Below are positions 24,775-37,470 of a stretch of DNA of 64,000 nucleotides, in pieces. The position numbers and the translations under genes are program-made. Within the stretch, counting starts at the first letter, position 1. The number at the start of each line of letters is the position of its first letter. Origin of the DNA: Phoronis australis (Eukaryota; Animalia; Phoronida); the NCBI GenBank assembly GCA_002633005.1, contig NMRA01000673.1:91610-155609 (forward strand), read 5' to 3'. The notes under the pieces are model-generated. The model was not told the origin of the DNA. It made no database searches and was given only the letters and a program-made list of their open reading frames with translations.

Positions 24775-26280
24775 CAATGCGGCCACGAATGCATCGTAAA
24801 TGGTGTCCTTTTAGGGTTATTTATTTGTATCACAAAAATGGCCACTGGATGGCGCAAAAACGTACAATCCATCGAAAAACGGGAACATGCCATATTTCAT
24901 AAAAATCTGTCAACGAAGTTGAGAGGAAAAAAAGGAAAACAGAATAAAATGAAATTGCCACATGTCGGCACAGCGTGCGTGGGGATCCGCCTGAAAGTCG
25001 TCGTCTGCTGTTATCTTCATATAAATAATACACTTACTAAATTTAATAAATAACCTGCAGTGGCTTTAGGAAATACAGGTATGGGCGCAGAAGAAAACAA
25101 AACAAAACTACCACTAGGAGGCGCCACAGTAGTAAGTCGCCATCATCAAACGTCCTCTTCACACTGAAAACCTATACGTCAATTTTCACAACCATCCCGA
25201 GAATGATTTGGTTGATAGCTGGGTGGACGCCAAAAACAAGATTTGAAAACAGCAAAAATGGCCACTAAATGGCGCAAAATACCTCAATTCAATCCAAAAA
25301 CAGGAGTATAGCGTTATCTCACCAATAGATGCCTCTATTCAAAATTTTATGAAGATCTATTGCGGACAGATAACAGACTGGTAAACGTAAAAAACTAAAA
25401 TTGCCACTAGGGGGCACACCAGTACTCAGATCCGTCTGAAAGTCGTCGTCGTCGTCCGTTGTCAACTTCACATAAATACACTTGCTAAATTAAGTAAAGA
25501 TCCTGCAAACTGTTAAGGAGATGCAGCCATGAGCGCAAAAAAAAACAAAACTGCTACTAGGAGGCGCCACAGAAGTCGAAGTCATTGGAAAATCATCGTC
25601 AGCCGTCCACTTCATAAAGAAAACATACAGTGTACATGACAATTTTCACAATTGTCGTGAAACAAATTGGGTTGATAGACGAGTTAACGCCAAAAAAAAA
25701 ACTCGATAACAGTAAAAATGGCCACTAGGTGGTGCAAACTAGGTCGAATCCATATGAAAACCGAGAGATAGCGTCACCTTATTAACACATGCCTGTATGC
25801 CAAATTTTATGAAAATACGTTGCATACTAACGAATTTTCGCAATCATCATTTGAGCAGTTTGGGTGATAGAGGGGTGGACGCAAAAAATAAGACTCGGAA
25901 ACACTAAACATGGACACTAGGTGGCGCAAGGTATGTCGAATCGATCCGAAAACGGGAAGATAGCGTCATCTCACTAATAGGTGCCTATATACCAAATTTT
26001 ATAAAAATCCTCTGAGGACTGTTGAAGATACAGAGGTAAACGTAAAAAAACTAAAATTGCCACTAGGGGGCAAGCCGGTAGTCGTACCCGTCCTAAAGTT
26101 CGCTCCTGCCGTCCCATCCAGGGAAAAACACATGTGCAAAATGTCATGAACATACTTAAAGGCGTTTTGGAGATAGAGCAGTGGACGCCGGACACCGGAC
26201 GCCGGACGGACGGATGGACGGACGGAGATGACGGCATAATGCGTACATATACATTTATAAATATGTGGATGCATAAAAAA
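24775..26280 (-). mobile_element. HINE-like element with internal trimeric higher-order repeat
   Basis: Closely similar to 13858-15158; ends in GGAC microsatellite and ...aatatgtggatgcataaaaaa. Confidence 0.82.
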
Positions 26281-26475
26281 GAATGAATGTAGTAAGCCTA
26301 CTGCACGTGTTTGTCCTTTCTTCCCCAACACAATTTTAAAGGGGCATATTTGATTTGCTCTGAAAGGCTCTTGTTAGTCTATTTTAAACGCCTGTATTAG
26401 TAGCCTACGGCAGAGCAGCATTGTAATTACTGAGCAGGTTTTTGTCCTGAATAAATTTGTCTTTCTACTGTGTAC

Positions 26476-26549
26476 GTTCACATCATTCTCTGCGGCGACT
26501 TTTTCGTCCCGCACCTTTATTGATTCTTTACTCTCAATCCCCGTCCGAT
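26476..26549 (-). CDS. Candidate further upstream astacin prodomain exon
   Basis: ctctag acceptor, open charged frame RTGIESKESIKVRDEKVAAENDVN, phase 1/0; no diagnostic motif. Confidence 0.4.
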
Positions 26550-27894
26550 CTAGAGCGTGGAAAGATCATAATTATAATTCAACTATCCGATTTTGCTGTC
26601 AGAAAATACAGGGTAAATCTAGTTTTCGAAACAAAAAACGTCTCCCAAAAGCTATTTTTCTGATATGACTTTCGTGTACTGCTAGTCGTCTGTTTACATT
26701 CCAATTGTACAGTAGTTAGGTAAAATGAGCAATAACCGAAGACAATAAACAAAATGGTATAGGTTCCCTTTCTTCTTCAAAAACAACTTTTTGTTGTGTT
26801 CTAGTTCTGTCAGTCCTCCCAATAAATATTTCTTTTTCAGAATTTGACAAAGCTCTCTTCAAGTAATTGTCATTCTTACGGGCAACGAAACTTGCAAATA
26901 CTGTTTATTTCTTATATTAGGTAACAACTGTTATAACAAATACGTTTTTAAGGGTATTTCCATAACTAACACCCACCGCAATTCATGGGCACAGGCATTA
27001 TCGCGTGACCCAAAGCATTTTAGTTCACATACATGTACCTAATCTCTTCTCAGGCAATAGTTTTTTTCTAAAAGCTATCAATCTCCACTCACCAAATAGT
27101 TGTCTAAATCGTGTTCACGCCATGGAGCACCACGCACTCCCTCAAAAACGAGAGCCAATACCAGAACCAAAAACATGTACACCTTACCCCACGCCATGTC
27201 TAAGCTGAAGTGTGGCAGGCTGCTGAATTATTCGGGATTACTTTTTGGCTAGAAGAATAGCTCGCGGCCTCGTTGACAACGATACTAAAGAGAAGTAAAG
27301 GTCTATTGTCAACAGACAATGTTCGTTTAGGTCAGCCCCCATAAGCACACAGACCACAAGCATTCAGGGTTTTGACAGGCAAGTAAGAGTATTATCCACG
27401 AGACCGAAATAAAAAGCGAAAGGATCGTGGCAGAATCTCAGGGGTTACAGGCATCTACTCTGCTGTGAGGGAAATAAACATGATAATTACGCCTGGTCTG
27501 ACAATGGAACTACATTTTCGTGAATGGTGAGATGCCTTGAACGTCAACACAACATTCATATAAGAAACTTTTTTTTCGTCTGCCAAATTTACGATTCAAT
27601 AACACCCCTCGAATTAAGTTTATACGATACAACACTTTGGATACAAGTCTGTTTAGTTAACCCAAAATCTACAGAATTAGATGGTTCTTGAAGAGCACAG
27701 TTGAGTCCTTGAACGTACCTGCCGTTTATTGGGGACAAATAAAACAACAAAAATAATGTTATAATTTAAATTGTATTGGGAATTTCATGGTTACAGCTCA
27801 ACAAATTAATATTTCACAGAAGGAACAAGATGGGTTCCTTAATTACAAGAGATAACACACACGTTTCCGATACCCAAAGTGTAATTGAGTATCG

Positions 27895-28090
27895 GATACT
27901 AAGTGGCACAGGTTAGCATAGTACCAAATGGGTACATAATACCAAATGGGTATTGGCGGATTGCCTACCAACTGGGTCGAGCAAAACGGAAAATCCAAAA
28001 ACATGTACATGTACCAAGTGGGTACAAACTGCCGAATGGGCAAATATCATATAAAGTACCAAGTGGATACACCAAACAGCCAACTGGGCT
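27895..28090. repeat. Short degenerate tandem repeat built on taccaa(a/g)tgggta
   Basis: Motif recurs at about 27922, 27940, 27966, 28012, 28057. Confidence 0.5.
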
Positions 28091-28499
28091 ATACATGTAA
28101 CAACCTGCAAAGCAGGGTTCCGGACAAGCTGAGGGAGCAGACCAGCCGGAGTGATAAAAAGAGACATTGTAAGGAATCTGGTGTTGTGGCTCAGTATGTG
28201 CCACATGGGCAGGGTTGTTCATGGATGAACAATCCTGTCCACCACCACACCAGCTTCCTGTTGGCCCAGCCTCAAGCAGCAGTACAATCACTCGTAAGTT
28301 TTCCTAATTAGACAATTTTATTCGTAGTAGACTCCTTCTGTTTTTCTTTAATTGTCCTGGACACAAGTTACTTCCCGTATTTATTACATTTAGCCACAGA
28401 TGGCTTTCCTAACGGCCGATTTCTTTCTATTCCAGTATCCCTCAAACCCAAACCAATCCCTCACCAACACTCGGCAGCGCCTCCGTTCATGACCCTGGT

Positions 28500-28745
28500 T
28501 CCAAACAACCACTTCCCTGGGTATAAGTGGGATATGTTGCGGCAATCCCCGTCTGCTTTGAGGGAGGAGACCCAGCGGCGAGATACAAAGGTTATCAATG
28601 GGGCGGGTAGGACAGGGCCTGCCATGCGACCCAGGTCCCATTCTATTATGAGTTTGTCCGAGTTACTGATATCGGAGGTTTCTTGCTGTGCTGTTGTTTT
28701 TCGTGCCCGTGCATTGTAACCTAAAGCTCTTTTAAGCCTTGAACA
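28500..28745 (-). mobile_element. DIRS/Ngaro-type retrotransposon reverse-transcriptase fragment (frameshifted)
   Basis: Joining two minus frames gives ...KLIIEWDLGRMAGP / NLCISPLGLLP / KADGDCRNISHLYPG, resembling the DIRS/Ngaro RT segment E..LGR.AGPF...ISPLG.VPK..G..R.I.HLS.P. Confidence 0.6.
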
Positions 28746-30749
28746 AGGAGTGAAGCACTGTTGGGGTCTGGGTACCATAGAAAGTGTTTGAGTGCCAGCG
28801 GTTTGACAAGCGTGTGAGCTAGGCTCCAGACGTAAATGTACATGTACTGATAATTAGGGTGCATGGTCGATACTGGAATTACATAAAACTAGACGTACAT
28901 GTACTAGGTACTATTCCAACAGGACAGGAAGTAATATTGATGTAAACGAATGGGATTTACAATGGTTGAGACCTAGAAGGGAATCTATCGCATATCGCGG
29001 CGGAGCCTGGTGTGGTAAAGCTCTAAAGCACCGCGTTTCACCCCGAAGTGTCCTGATACAGCGCACAACCATTTCTGTGGGTTTATCAGCAGCTCAAAAA
29101 GAAAACAGAAACTTTTCTTCGGATGTCACTTCTATATTTTATTCGACCTCGGAAATACCGTACCTTACACTTTGAATATCTTGTTTGTTGAGGCCTTTTC
29201 AAGTACAGTGTACTTCGCCTCTGGCCCTTAGCGCGTACAAATGTTTATCTACGCTTTTGACTCGCATACATGTAGTTCCTTCCGTTTAAAAAGATAAGAA
29301 AATACTTTGAATCAAAAAATAAACAACAGAAATCAAAAACATCAAAAAAATTACAAAATCAACATATAATAAAGATAAGAAAAAATAAAACGTACATTAT
29401 TTATAACGTTTAATCTCTCATACTACAATCTTTCTACAATTCGTCCTTAACGAACACGGATACAGAACGTGTAACACGTGCGTGTTTGTGGAAGGTATAA
29501 CCATCAAATAACTAAGTCGCGGTCGAACCGCCGTTCAGCATTGATCGTAATGCGGTAGTCTTAAAAAGATCACAATAATTCTCGTGGAAAATAGATGGAA
29601 AACTTTCCACGGGAGTAGTGGTGGATTCTCTACGCAAGTTACCGTGGTGCAAACCAAATGGGAAAGCATGCTCAGCGTTTAACGCATCCCAACAAATCGT
29701 AAAGTATCGTGGGTCGTTCGGGGGGAAAGTGTCGCCTGTAATTACGGTGGAAATTACGATCGACACTTCGCCTGTGTTTTACGACAGAAATCGTTCGTCC
29801 ATACATGCATTTACGCATGTAATTACGACCGAGACTTTGCTTGTGTTTTGCGACCGTAATCGTCGATAAATCTTCGACGCACTCAGTAACAAAAGATTGG
29901 AGAGAAATGCCTTATCTTGAAATATAAAGAAAACACTTTAATAAATAAATCAAACAGTTGCTGCAATGCCGTGCATTTATCGACTGATAAGATTACAAAA
30001 TAGTAAAAATATTAAAAATATAACGACGAGAGTCGGTACTAATTAAAATATATCCCCACGTTTCGAACGATATGTACTGCATCCATACATGTATATTAGG
30101 CAGTCAGTATCATACCCTGGACAAAGAGCGCATGGCTCGAAACTAGGGTATATTTTAATATATTATAGTACCCACGCTCGTGGTTTTATTTTTACAGAAA
30201 ACACCAAGTCATTGTATTCTGCATACATTTTATTAGCCTACAAATGTATCCGGGTACATGTTACCATTTCAATGTCTGGCACTTGACTGAGACGCCCAGA
30301 TGCTGGTTCTTGATAAGTTAGCTCTAATTCGGAAACTGTTAAAGACCAAAGTTTCGAGTACATATCATCACGTTAATCTTGATGTGTGGATAAAGAAGAG
30401 TATAGCAATAGTTCCGTAACGGTATTGCAATGGAATACATCTTGTTTTCCCAGGCCCCTTTCAACAGAAACACAGGCCACATACATGTATCTTTTTTACA
30501 GGCGATTAGCTACGCCTTTTTATATGCATATACATGTACATGTACAGTAAGCAGACGTTGGAACCAAGTACATCTACATGTACATTTGAATAGTTACTGC
30601 ATGTACAGTATTCAATGGACAGTGAGTTTTAGCTTACTTGGACCGAGTTTTCGGGCCTGGTGCTGATGGGGTTAAGGATTAGCAAGACCGGGTAAAAAGT
30701 CCAACTCTAAATAAATAAACTAATTTCGAAACATCATATTTCAGAAATG

Positions 30750-31780
30750 CTTAATCCATGTTAGTCATTCATCAAAGCGGAAAGAGGAGAAATCAACACT
30801 CAGGCAACCACTACTGAATCCTCCTACTCGTGTTGTGATCCCCTACGTTCATGCATTGTCTGACCGCCTCAAAGAGACATTTTAACAGTTTGACATTTCT
30901 ATCATCCACAAAGCATTTAATTCTCTACGCATCCTACTGGTTAATGTCAAGGACAACACTCCTGTGGCTAAAAAAATGGTGTAGTCTATCGTGTTCAGTG
31001 TAAGGACTCCTGGTGCTCAGACGGCTACATAGGTAAAACGAAACAGTCTTTAAAACGCGCATGTCACAACATCATCGTTTGTCGTTATCCAAATAGGAAA
31101 TATCAAAGAGGAGAGGAGACAACATTCAGACAACCACCACTGCGAATTCTCCTACTCGTGTCTTGATTCCCTACGTTCGGGGACCGTCTGACCTCCTCAT
31201 GAGGACATTTAAACAGTTTGACACAGATATCTACAGTGTATCATCCTCAAACCGTTTGATTCTCTCCCCAGCCATCTGGTTAATGTCAGGGACGAGAGTC
31301 CTTAAGGTAATAAATGATGTGCAGTCTATGGTTTTCAGTGTAAAGACCCCCAACGCTCACACAGCTATGAAAGTGAATAAACTTTAAAATGCGTACGACA
31401 CATCATCCTCGCCTACTTATTACGAAGACACAAACGACTCGGCTATTTTGCGCCACTAATATATATGCGCCATTACACTTGATTTTAAAACTGATAATGT
31501 CACTATCCTAGATTTTGAGGAAGATTGGTTCAGAGGTGTGTCCACGAAGCTCTCCACTAACGTATCGAGAGCCCCTCTCTGATAAACAAGATGGATTAAG
31601 GTTCCATCAGCTCACTTATGGGATAGTGTTCCGAGCTCAATACCACGTCGTATGGTTAAAACGTCACCTATTAGCCAGAACGATAATAACACCACTAATC
31701 AAGCTGAAGTCCGTGAGTGACGGACGCAACGTTGCTTAGTCAAGTAAGCAAACTCCAGTCTTAGACTCAAATTTTCTGTA
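30750..31780 (+). mobile_element. Penelope-like element remnants (two tandem partial copies, GIY-YIG region and 3' tail)
   Basis: RVVIPYV near 30830 and again near 31157; VVYRVQCKD..GYIGKTKQ; TILDFEEDWF; many stops and frameshifts. Confidence 0.75.
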
Positions 31781-32586
31781 TTTTGTTCTCTTAATAAAAG
31801 TTATTGGCAATTATTCTTGATGTGATCAGTTTTGCATTGTAGACTAGCAAATAAATACGCCTTTATGTTTGTCATGAAAGTTAAAAGTTGCAAGAAATAA
31901 AAAGGAAACAACACTATAAAAATAGCAACGACATTCTGTGAGTTCTTTTTGAACTTTCAATAGAAATTAGTTAATATTCATGTAATGTTGTTTGGCTATC
32001 ACCGCATATTTTCTTTATCCTGATTGCGATGCAGATACACTGTATCATGGGTCGGGACGTTACCCAACGAATGACAGATTAGCGAGAAGTCAAACATTGA
32101 ACTCCGTCGGCTTGTCTACTGTTAGAAAATATGTACGTTTTTCTTTTCTAAAATAAAAGCTAGGCCTTGTAGAAAATGGACAAATTACACGACTTTCCTT
32201 AAGGTTCTGCATAACCTTATACTTGATTTGAGATTATTTACCAAGTTTAGGGTACTGTTACCGAACCCGGAATTAAACCGTCACCTTATTCTAGAAAATA
32301 TCTAGGTAACTAACCCCGGCTGTCAGCACGTTAATAGTTTGCAAAATTAGGGGTCCAGACAAATCTAAATCAGTTCCTATCATTCTCTACGTTGTGCCTT
32401 TGTCATTTTACCAGCATTTATAAAGTGTTATGCATTAAATTTTGAAAAAAATGCTTTAAAAATCCTGTCATTTTACTAGCACCGACATTTTTATTCGTGA
32501 GAATAGGCTTTTAGCACAACAATGAAAGTATTCAGAACGTTATTATAGAGTTAAAAGCATGAAACATTTGATACATCCAGTTGAGA

Positions 32587-33760
32587 TAACAGATAAAATT
32601 CGAGTCTAACACTGGAATAAAACTTACTAAAATTAGCGAATTTTTGTCCGTATCTCATGTCACGTACTTCAGCTTGGCTTGTGACGTTATCATTATTCTG
32701 GCCAATAGGTGGTGTTTTGACCAGGCGGCGCGGCTTTGACGTCATCCCACACGTGTGACAAATCGAATCTTAAACCACCCCATTTATTTAAAGAGGGACT
32801 CTCGATCCCCTCATGGAGAGCTTCCTTTACACCCTTTTTGAACCAATCTTCCTCAAAGTCTAGGAAAGCAACATCAACAGTAATGAAATCATGTCCAGTG
32901 GCGCAAAGGTGGCTAAAAAAGCCGAATCATAAGTGTCCCCGTAACTACTGTAGGACAACGATGTTGTGGCATACGCATTTTATGGTCTGTTTCGTTTCGC
33001 CGATGTAGCTGCCTGAGCACTGATGATCCTTACACTGAACACCATAGACAACACATGATTGATTACCCCTGGGGGTCTTATCCTTGACATTAACCAGTTG
33101 GGTGCGGAGAGAATTGATCGGTTTGTGGAAGATAGAAATGTCAAACTGTTTGAATGTCCTCTTGAGGCAGTCAAAAAACCCTGGATATATGGAATCGCCA
33201 CACGAATAGAAGAACTCACAGTGGTGGTTGTCTGAGTGCTTACTTTTCTCGTCTTTGTTCTTTTCGCTTTAGTGAACGCCAACCAACGTGGACAACCGCA
33301 TTTGGCAAGACCCTCTTTAGTGTAATTCAGTTCCTCAGAAATGACCGAAGGATGACAAATGATAGTGTTAGCTCCGTGGTTCAAAGTACGAGTCACACTC
33401 ATCTTGTAGATGAGAGGATGGTTCCAGTCAAATTACACATAATGGTCCGCATGAGTACTCTTACGGTAAACCTTTGTGTCAAATGATCTGTCCTGTTTAA
33501 TGAAGACTAAACGGTCCAGAAAAGATAGCTGCCATCTTTACAGGGTTTTTGAGTGAATTTGATATTATTGTCAAACTCATTATTGAAACAGTCCATAAAA
33601 ATGCGTGTTTGACAACATCGTCGTCCTACATGACAACGTTTTCCCGTTCAGTGACTTTACAAGACGTAGGGGGTTCTGAGCGTGTGATAACATCTAGCTT
33701 CTTTGTCAATTGCCCAGCACACTCTTTTGTCTGTTACGACAACAAACAGGTCAATTATCT
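32587..33760 (-). mobile_element. Penelope-like element, deleted RT C-terminus plus GIY-YIG endonuclease and 3' tail
   Basis: FLDRLV..DRSFDTKVYRKSTHADHY, HP..YKMSVTRTL, RVAIPYIQG, YIGETKQ, LDFEEDWFKKGVKEAL, PSLNK.GG. Confidence 0.85.
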
Positions 33761-34109
33761 ACCAGGCTTATTACACTAGACCACGTGTGAAAACAGTCAA
33801 ACTGAGAGTGGATTGGTGTATTCAGAAAGAATAGACTGTCGTAACTTCGGTTGCAGTTGGGCGATTATGTTCAAATATGTTATAACTTAACTTTTATCTT
33901 TAACAGCACAACACATTGAGGGTAGATACGATCTTATTGGAGATTATAGCAATTATCGAACAAAAGAGAGCTGGCCCTCCAACCATCAATGCCAGAATGG
34001 AGTTAACCAGCCATGTAAAATATTGGCTACAGGGGTAAACTTCCCAACTTGTTGTTGGGCTATAGAATCGATCAAGTTTGGAGCAACGGGAAAACGCCGT
34101 AAGCTAGTT

Positions 34110-34463
34110 ACGGGGAGACTTATGATTCGACTGTTTTCAGCCCATCTGTGCGCCACTGGTCATGATTTCAACAGTGATGATGTCACTATCCTAGACTGTG
34201 AGGAAGATTGGTTCAAAAGTCGTGTAAAGGAAGATCTCCATGAGCGCATCGAGAGTCCCTCTTTAAATTAAAGAGGTGGTTTAAGATTCGGTTTGTCACA
34301 CGTATTGGATGATGTTCTGACGTCGCCCTCTGGCCAAAACGCCACCTATTGTCCAGAATAATGATAACGTCACAAGCCAAGCTGAAGTGTGTGAGATACG
34401 GACGCAACGTCGCTAATTTTAGTAAATTTTATTCCAGTATTAGACTCAAATTTTATCTGTTAT
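34110..34463 (+). mobile_element. Penelope-like 3' fragment forming an inverted repeat with 32587-32940
   Basis: HLCATGHDFNSDDVTILDCEEDWFKSRVKEDLHERIESPSLN; the tail is the reverse complement of 32587-32760. Confidence 0.85.
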
Positions 34464-35950
34464 AGATACTTGATTCTCTCGTCAGAGCGTGTTGTTTGAT
34501 AAACAATTAAGCTTTACAGTGTGGGAAGGTTTGATTCGACAGATTTTACGTGAACTAACAGTGCGTGTTAGTGGCAGCCTTTCCAAAAAACGGTGTGTTT
34601 TCCGAAAAAAGGAATATTCGTATGAAAACAAATTTATTTACTAAACAGTCACAGTATTTTGCTGTATGCTCACCTCGATTGGACTTTTTTGCGAACCAAG
34701 GTTACACGTAACATTGAGTAACATGTAAGTTACTATTATGTTGTCATCTTGTCTGTTAGCAAACTACAAGGCTTTTTAAACACAACGTTGAGCCTCGGAA
34801 GGAATCTGATGATAATCTCGTCTATTCTCATAATATGAATTCCATACCCACCTTGCGCTTTCTTAACTTGATGTGGGTCCTGTTGTCCTTGAAAACGCAT
34901 TAATACCTCCAGAGCTGTTATCTTTTGAAGTGCTTTCGATTCTTATTTCGGTTGTTCCTCTGCAAATTTCATTGTCTATAGTTCAAATGCTTAACCATTC
35001 GTTTGTATATGATGCGTGGTCCACGATATGTGTATATTCCGCAGCTTACACTAAATGCTCCGATTCATCCAGAAAGTACTTCAAATTTCCGAACCACTGC
35101 AGTTTGAACTTACGCTCCAAACATTTTTTTTTTTTTTGAAAAATAATTAAACCTCATTTGAACAAAGAAGCAAAGTCTCTGAGGAAATACACATAACTTC
35201 TACACACTATGATAATTTCAATACATTTTTCCATGACTGCGAGGTGCTCATAAGTACTTATTTCAGCACCTGTGAAGTGGAAGTGTAAAAACAAATCTCC
35301 GTTTTATGTCTCAGTAACTTTCATGAAAAAAGAAACCCAGACACTGTACAATAAGTCAGTCACTGGAGCACGTCCTTCAACTCAATTTTGCCTTTGAGGT
35401 ACAGCATTGGAACGTTGTCGGCATTAGGATAGCAAGGAAATTGTTAAATCATGGCTGTTTATACCAGTAGGTTGAAACCTCCCATCCACATTACGTGGAG
35501 TTTGTAGGTGGCGCTGCCCACCAAAGACCTGATCGCCGTCTGGTGAGTGAGTGAGTTTTAAAATGGCGCGGCTACTTAGAAAATCAGCTTTCGGTTCATT
35601 TGAATTGATTATCTTAGAACCGCTTTAGATTATGATATACGAAATCGGACATGGAAATCCTAAATACAACTCACTATATGAATATCAATAGCAAAAAACA
35701 TCAACAAGCAAGTAATATTTTGGAAAACAGACCCTACATGTATATGACTGTCAGCTCCAGAGCTAATAATAATTGTCTTTGACAAAACTATTTTACCGCG
35801 CAATGTCAACACCCCGAGGTACATGCGAAAAAGTACAAAACCAGGATGGGTGGTGACAGTGCATGCGTGAAACACATAGACCTTCAAATCCTACTTCTAA
35901 CACTAATCCTACCCCTAACACTTACCCTGACGCTAACCCTGACCACAGGA

Positions 35951-36328
35951 CTGTTGCATGAAACAGTCCCAAATAAGGATCAACTAAGTTGCCAATATGT
36001 TTTACATACACTGTATTTATCTTCATTTTTGAGCTCTTCGTTGACTCGTGACATTGTCTAATTGAATAATTAAAAACTGAACCCTTAATTTAATCAAAAT
36101 AATTAGGGACTTAGTCCTTAAATTAGGGACGTTGCACGAAATTATCCCTACTTATTTTCATGAATATTGAGAATTCAGCGTAGATTTCACTCTCAATTTG
36201 TATCAAAATCAAACGTTGGCTTAGTAATGACACTCAAACAGCATAAGTGTTTTCAGAAGTCCACAAAAATGCAGATATTTTAGGAAACTTACTTGAGTCC
36301 CTATTTGGGACTGTTTCATACAACCGGG
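35951..36328. mobile_element. MITE with ~40-bp imperfect terminal inverted repeats
   Basis: ctgttgcatgaaacagtcccaaataagga...tcccctatttgggactgtttcatacaaccgg; internal palindrome aattagggacttagtccttaaatt. Confidence 0.7.
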
Positions 36329-36504
36329 AACTTAACCCTATGTCAACTTCAACCCTAACGCCAAATTCAATCATAACCCTCTCCCTATAACGCCAACGCT
36401 AACCCTAGCCCGGCCATACGTTAACGTTAACACTAATCCTCAACAAAAAACTAAGCCTAACCCTATTCCAAGTCCTAACCCTAACCATTAGATGAAGTGT
36501 TGTA

Positions 36505-36620
36505 CTGTCGCCTAATCAGATAAGTGACGGCTTCCGTTACTCAAGGTTTGAGTTCAAGACCCACTGCGGCACACTGTTAAGCCCTTCTTGAGTCAGATCA
36601 CAAGTTAGTTCCTCATCTTG
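36505..36620 (+). mobile_element. Possible tRNA-derived SINE head (degenerate)
   Basis: A-box-like tcgcctaatcag and B-box-like gagttcaagaccc at tRNA-like spacing; no intact cloverleaf. Confidence 0.3.
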
Positions 36621-37353
36621 GTTTTAAATCTGGGAGCCAGCAAAACAATGGTCCCAGTTTATTGGCGCAATTAATGGACCCATCCATGTACCCCATACTC
36701 GTCTTGGAAAACATGTACCAAACTGCCTGTAATTATTTTGTATGAACCCTAAGCATAATCTTAAACCCAGCTCTAACACCATGTCTAAAGCCAACTCCCA
36801 AGTCTAACCCCAACACCAAATCCAACCTCACCCTACACATGTACCTAGCCGAAACTCTAAACTTCACGCTGAGCTTAACCCTAACTGTTACCCAAACTCC
36901 AACCCAAACCCTTGTCTAACGCTATCCCTAGTAAAAACATCACTCTCAAAATATTCCTTAGCCCTAAGCATAGCCCTAACCCGTGATCGTAATTCTATTA
37001 TTAAACCTAGTCATAAGCAAAAAACCTGACCCGTTACCGTAAACCTAACCAACCAATCCAACCCTAACCATACATGTAGTTGAACAAAGTGTCCTGGAGT
37101 CCCGTTGGCCTACATGTAACCGCAAGCGAAATCAACGGACGGTGAAACGCATTAGAATCTGGCCTCTTTTGCCGTGTACTGTTCAATAGTGCACACGGGA
37201 ATCGTATTCCCAGAATTTACCTGTTAAGTCCCTGATTGCTCACAACGTACTGCCATGAACGATGTTCACCGTAAATCCGATTTTGTAATAACCCATTGTT
37301 CATGGGATTTATTGATAGTTTTGTAAGAGCTACACTCAACAGCGTCCGTCGTC

Positions 37354-37470
37354 ATGATAGGGTTCCTTATTGTACTGTTCTCTGTCGGCTTGGCATCCCC
37401 ACTCGAGGTAAACTGTGTAAACAGGGAGCTTGACGATCACTGGAGTTTGTATAAACTAAAACATCAAAAG
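37354..37470 (+). CDS. Cathepsin L-like exon 1: signal peptide and propeptide start
   Basis: [39 protein letters not shown]; donor AAG|gtagta; absent from the ORF track. Confidence 0.88.

Larger units (their letters stand above)
35890..37075 (+). repeat. Degenerate (CCCTAA)-like tract interrupted by a MITE and a possible SINE
   Basis: taaccc/ccctaa/cctaac variants at 35890-35945, 36330-36490, 36745-37075. Confidence 0.7.

Noticed and set aside
36505-36580. tRNA gene
   Set aside because: Only box-like motifs; no acceptor stem or cloverleaf could be formed.
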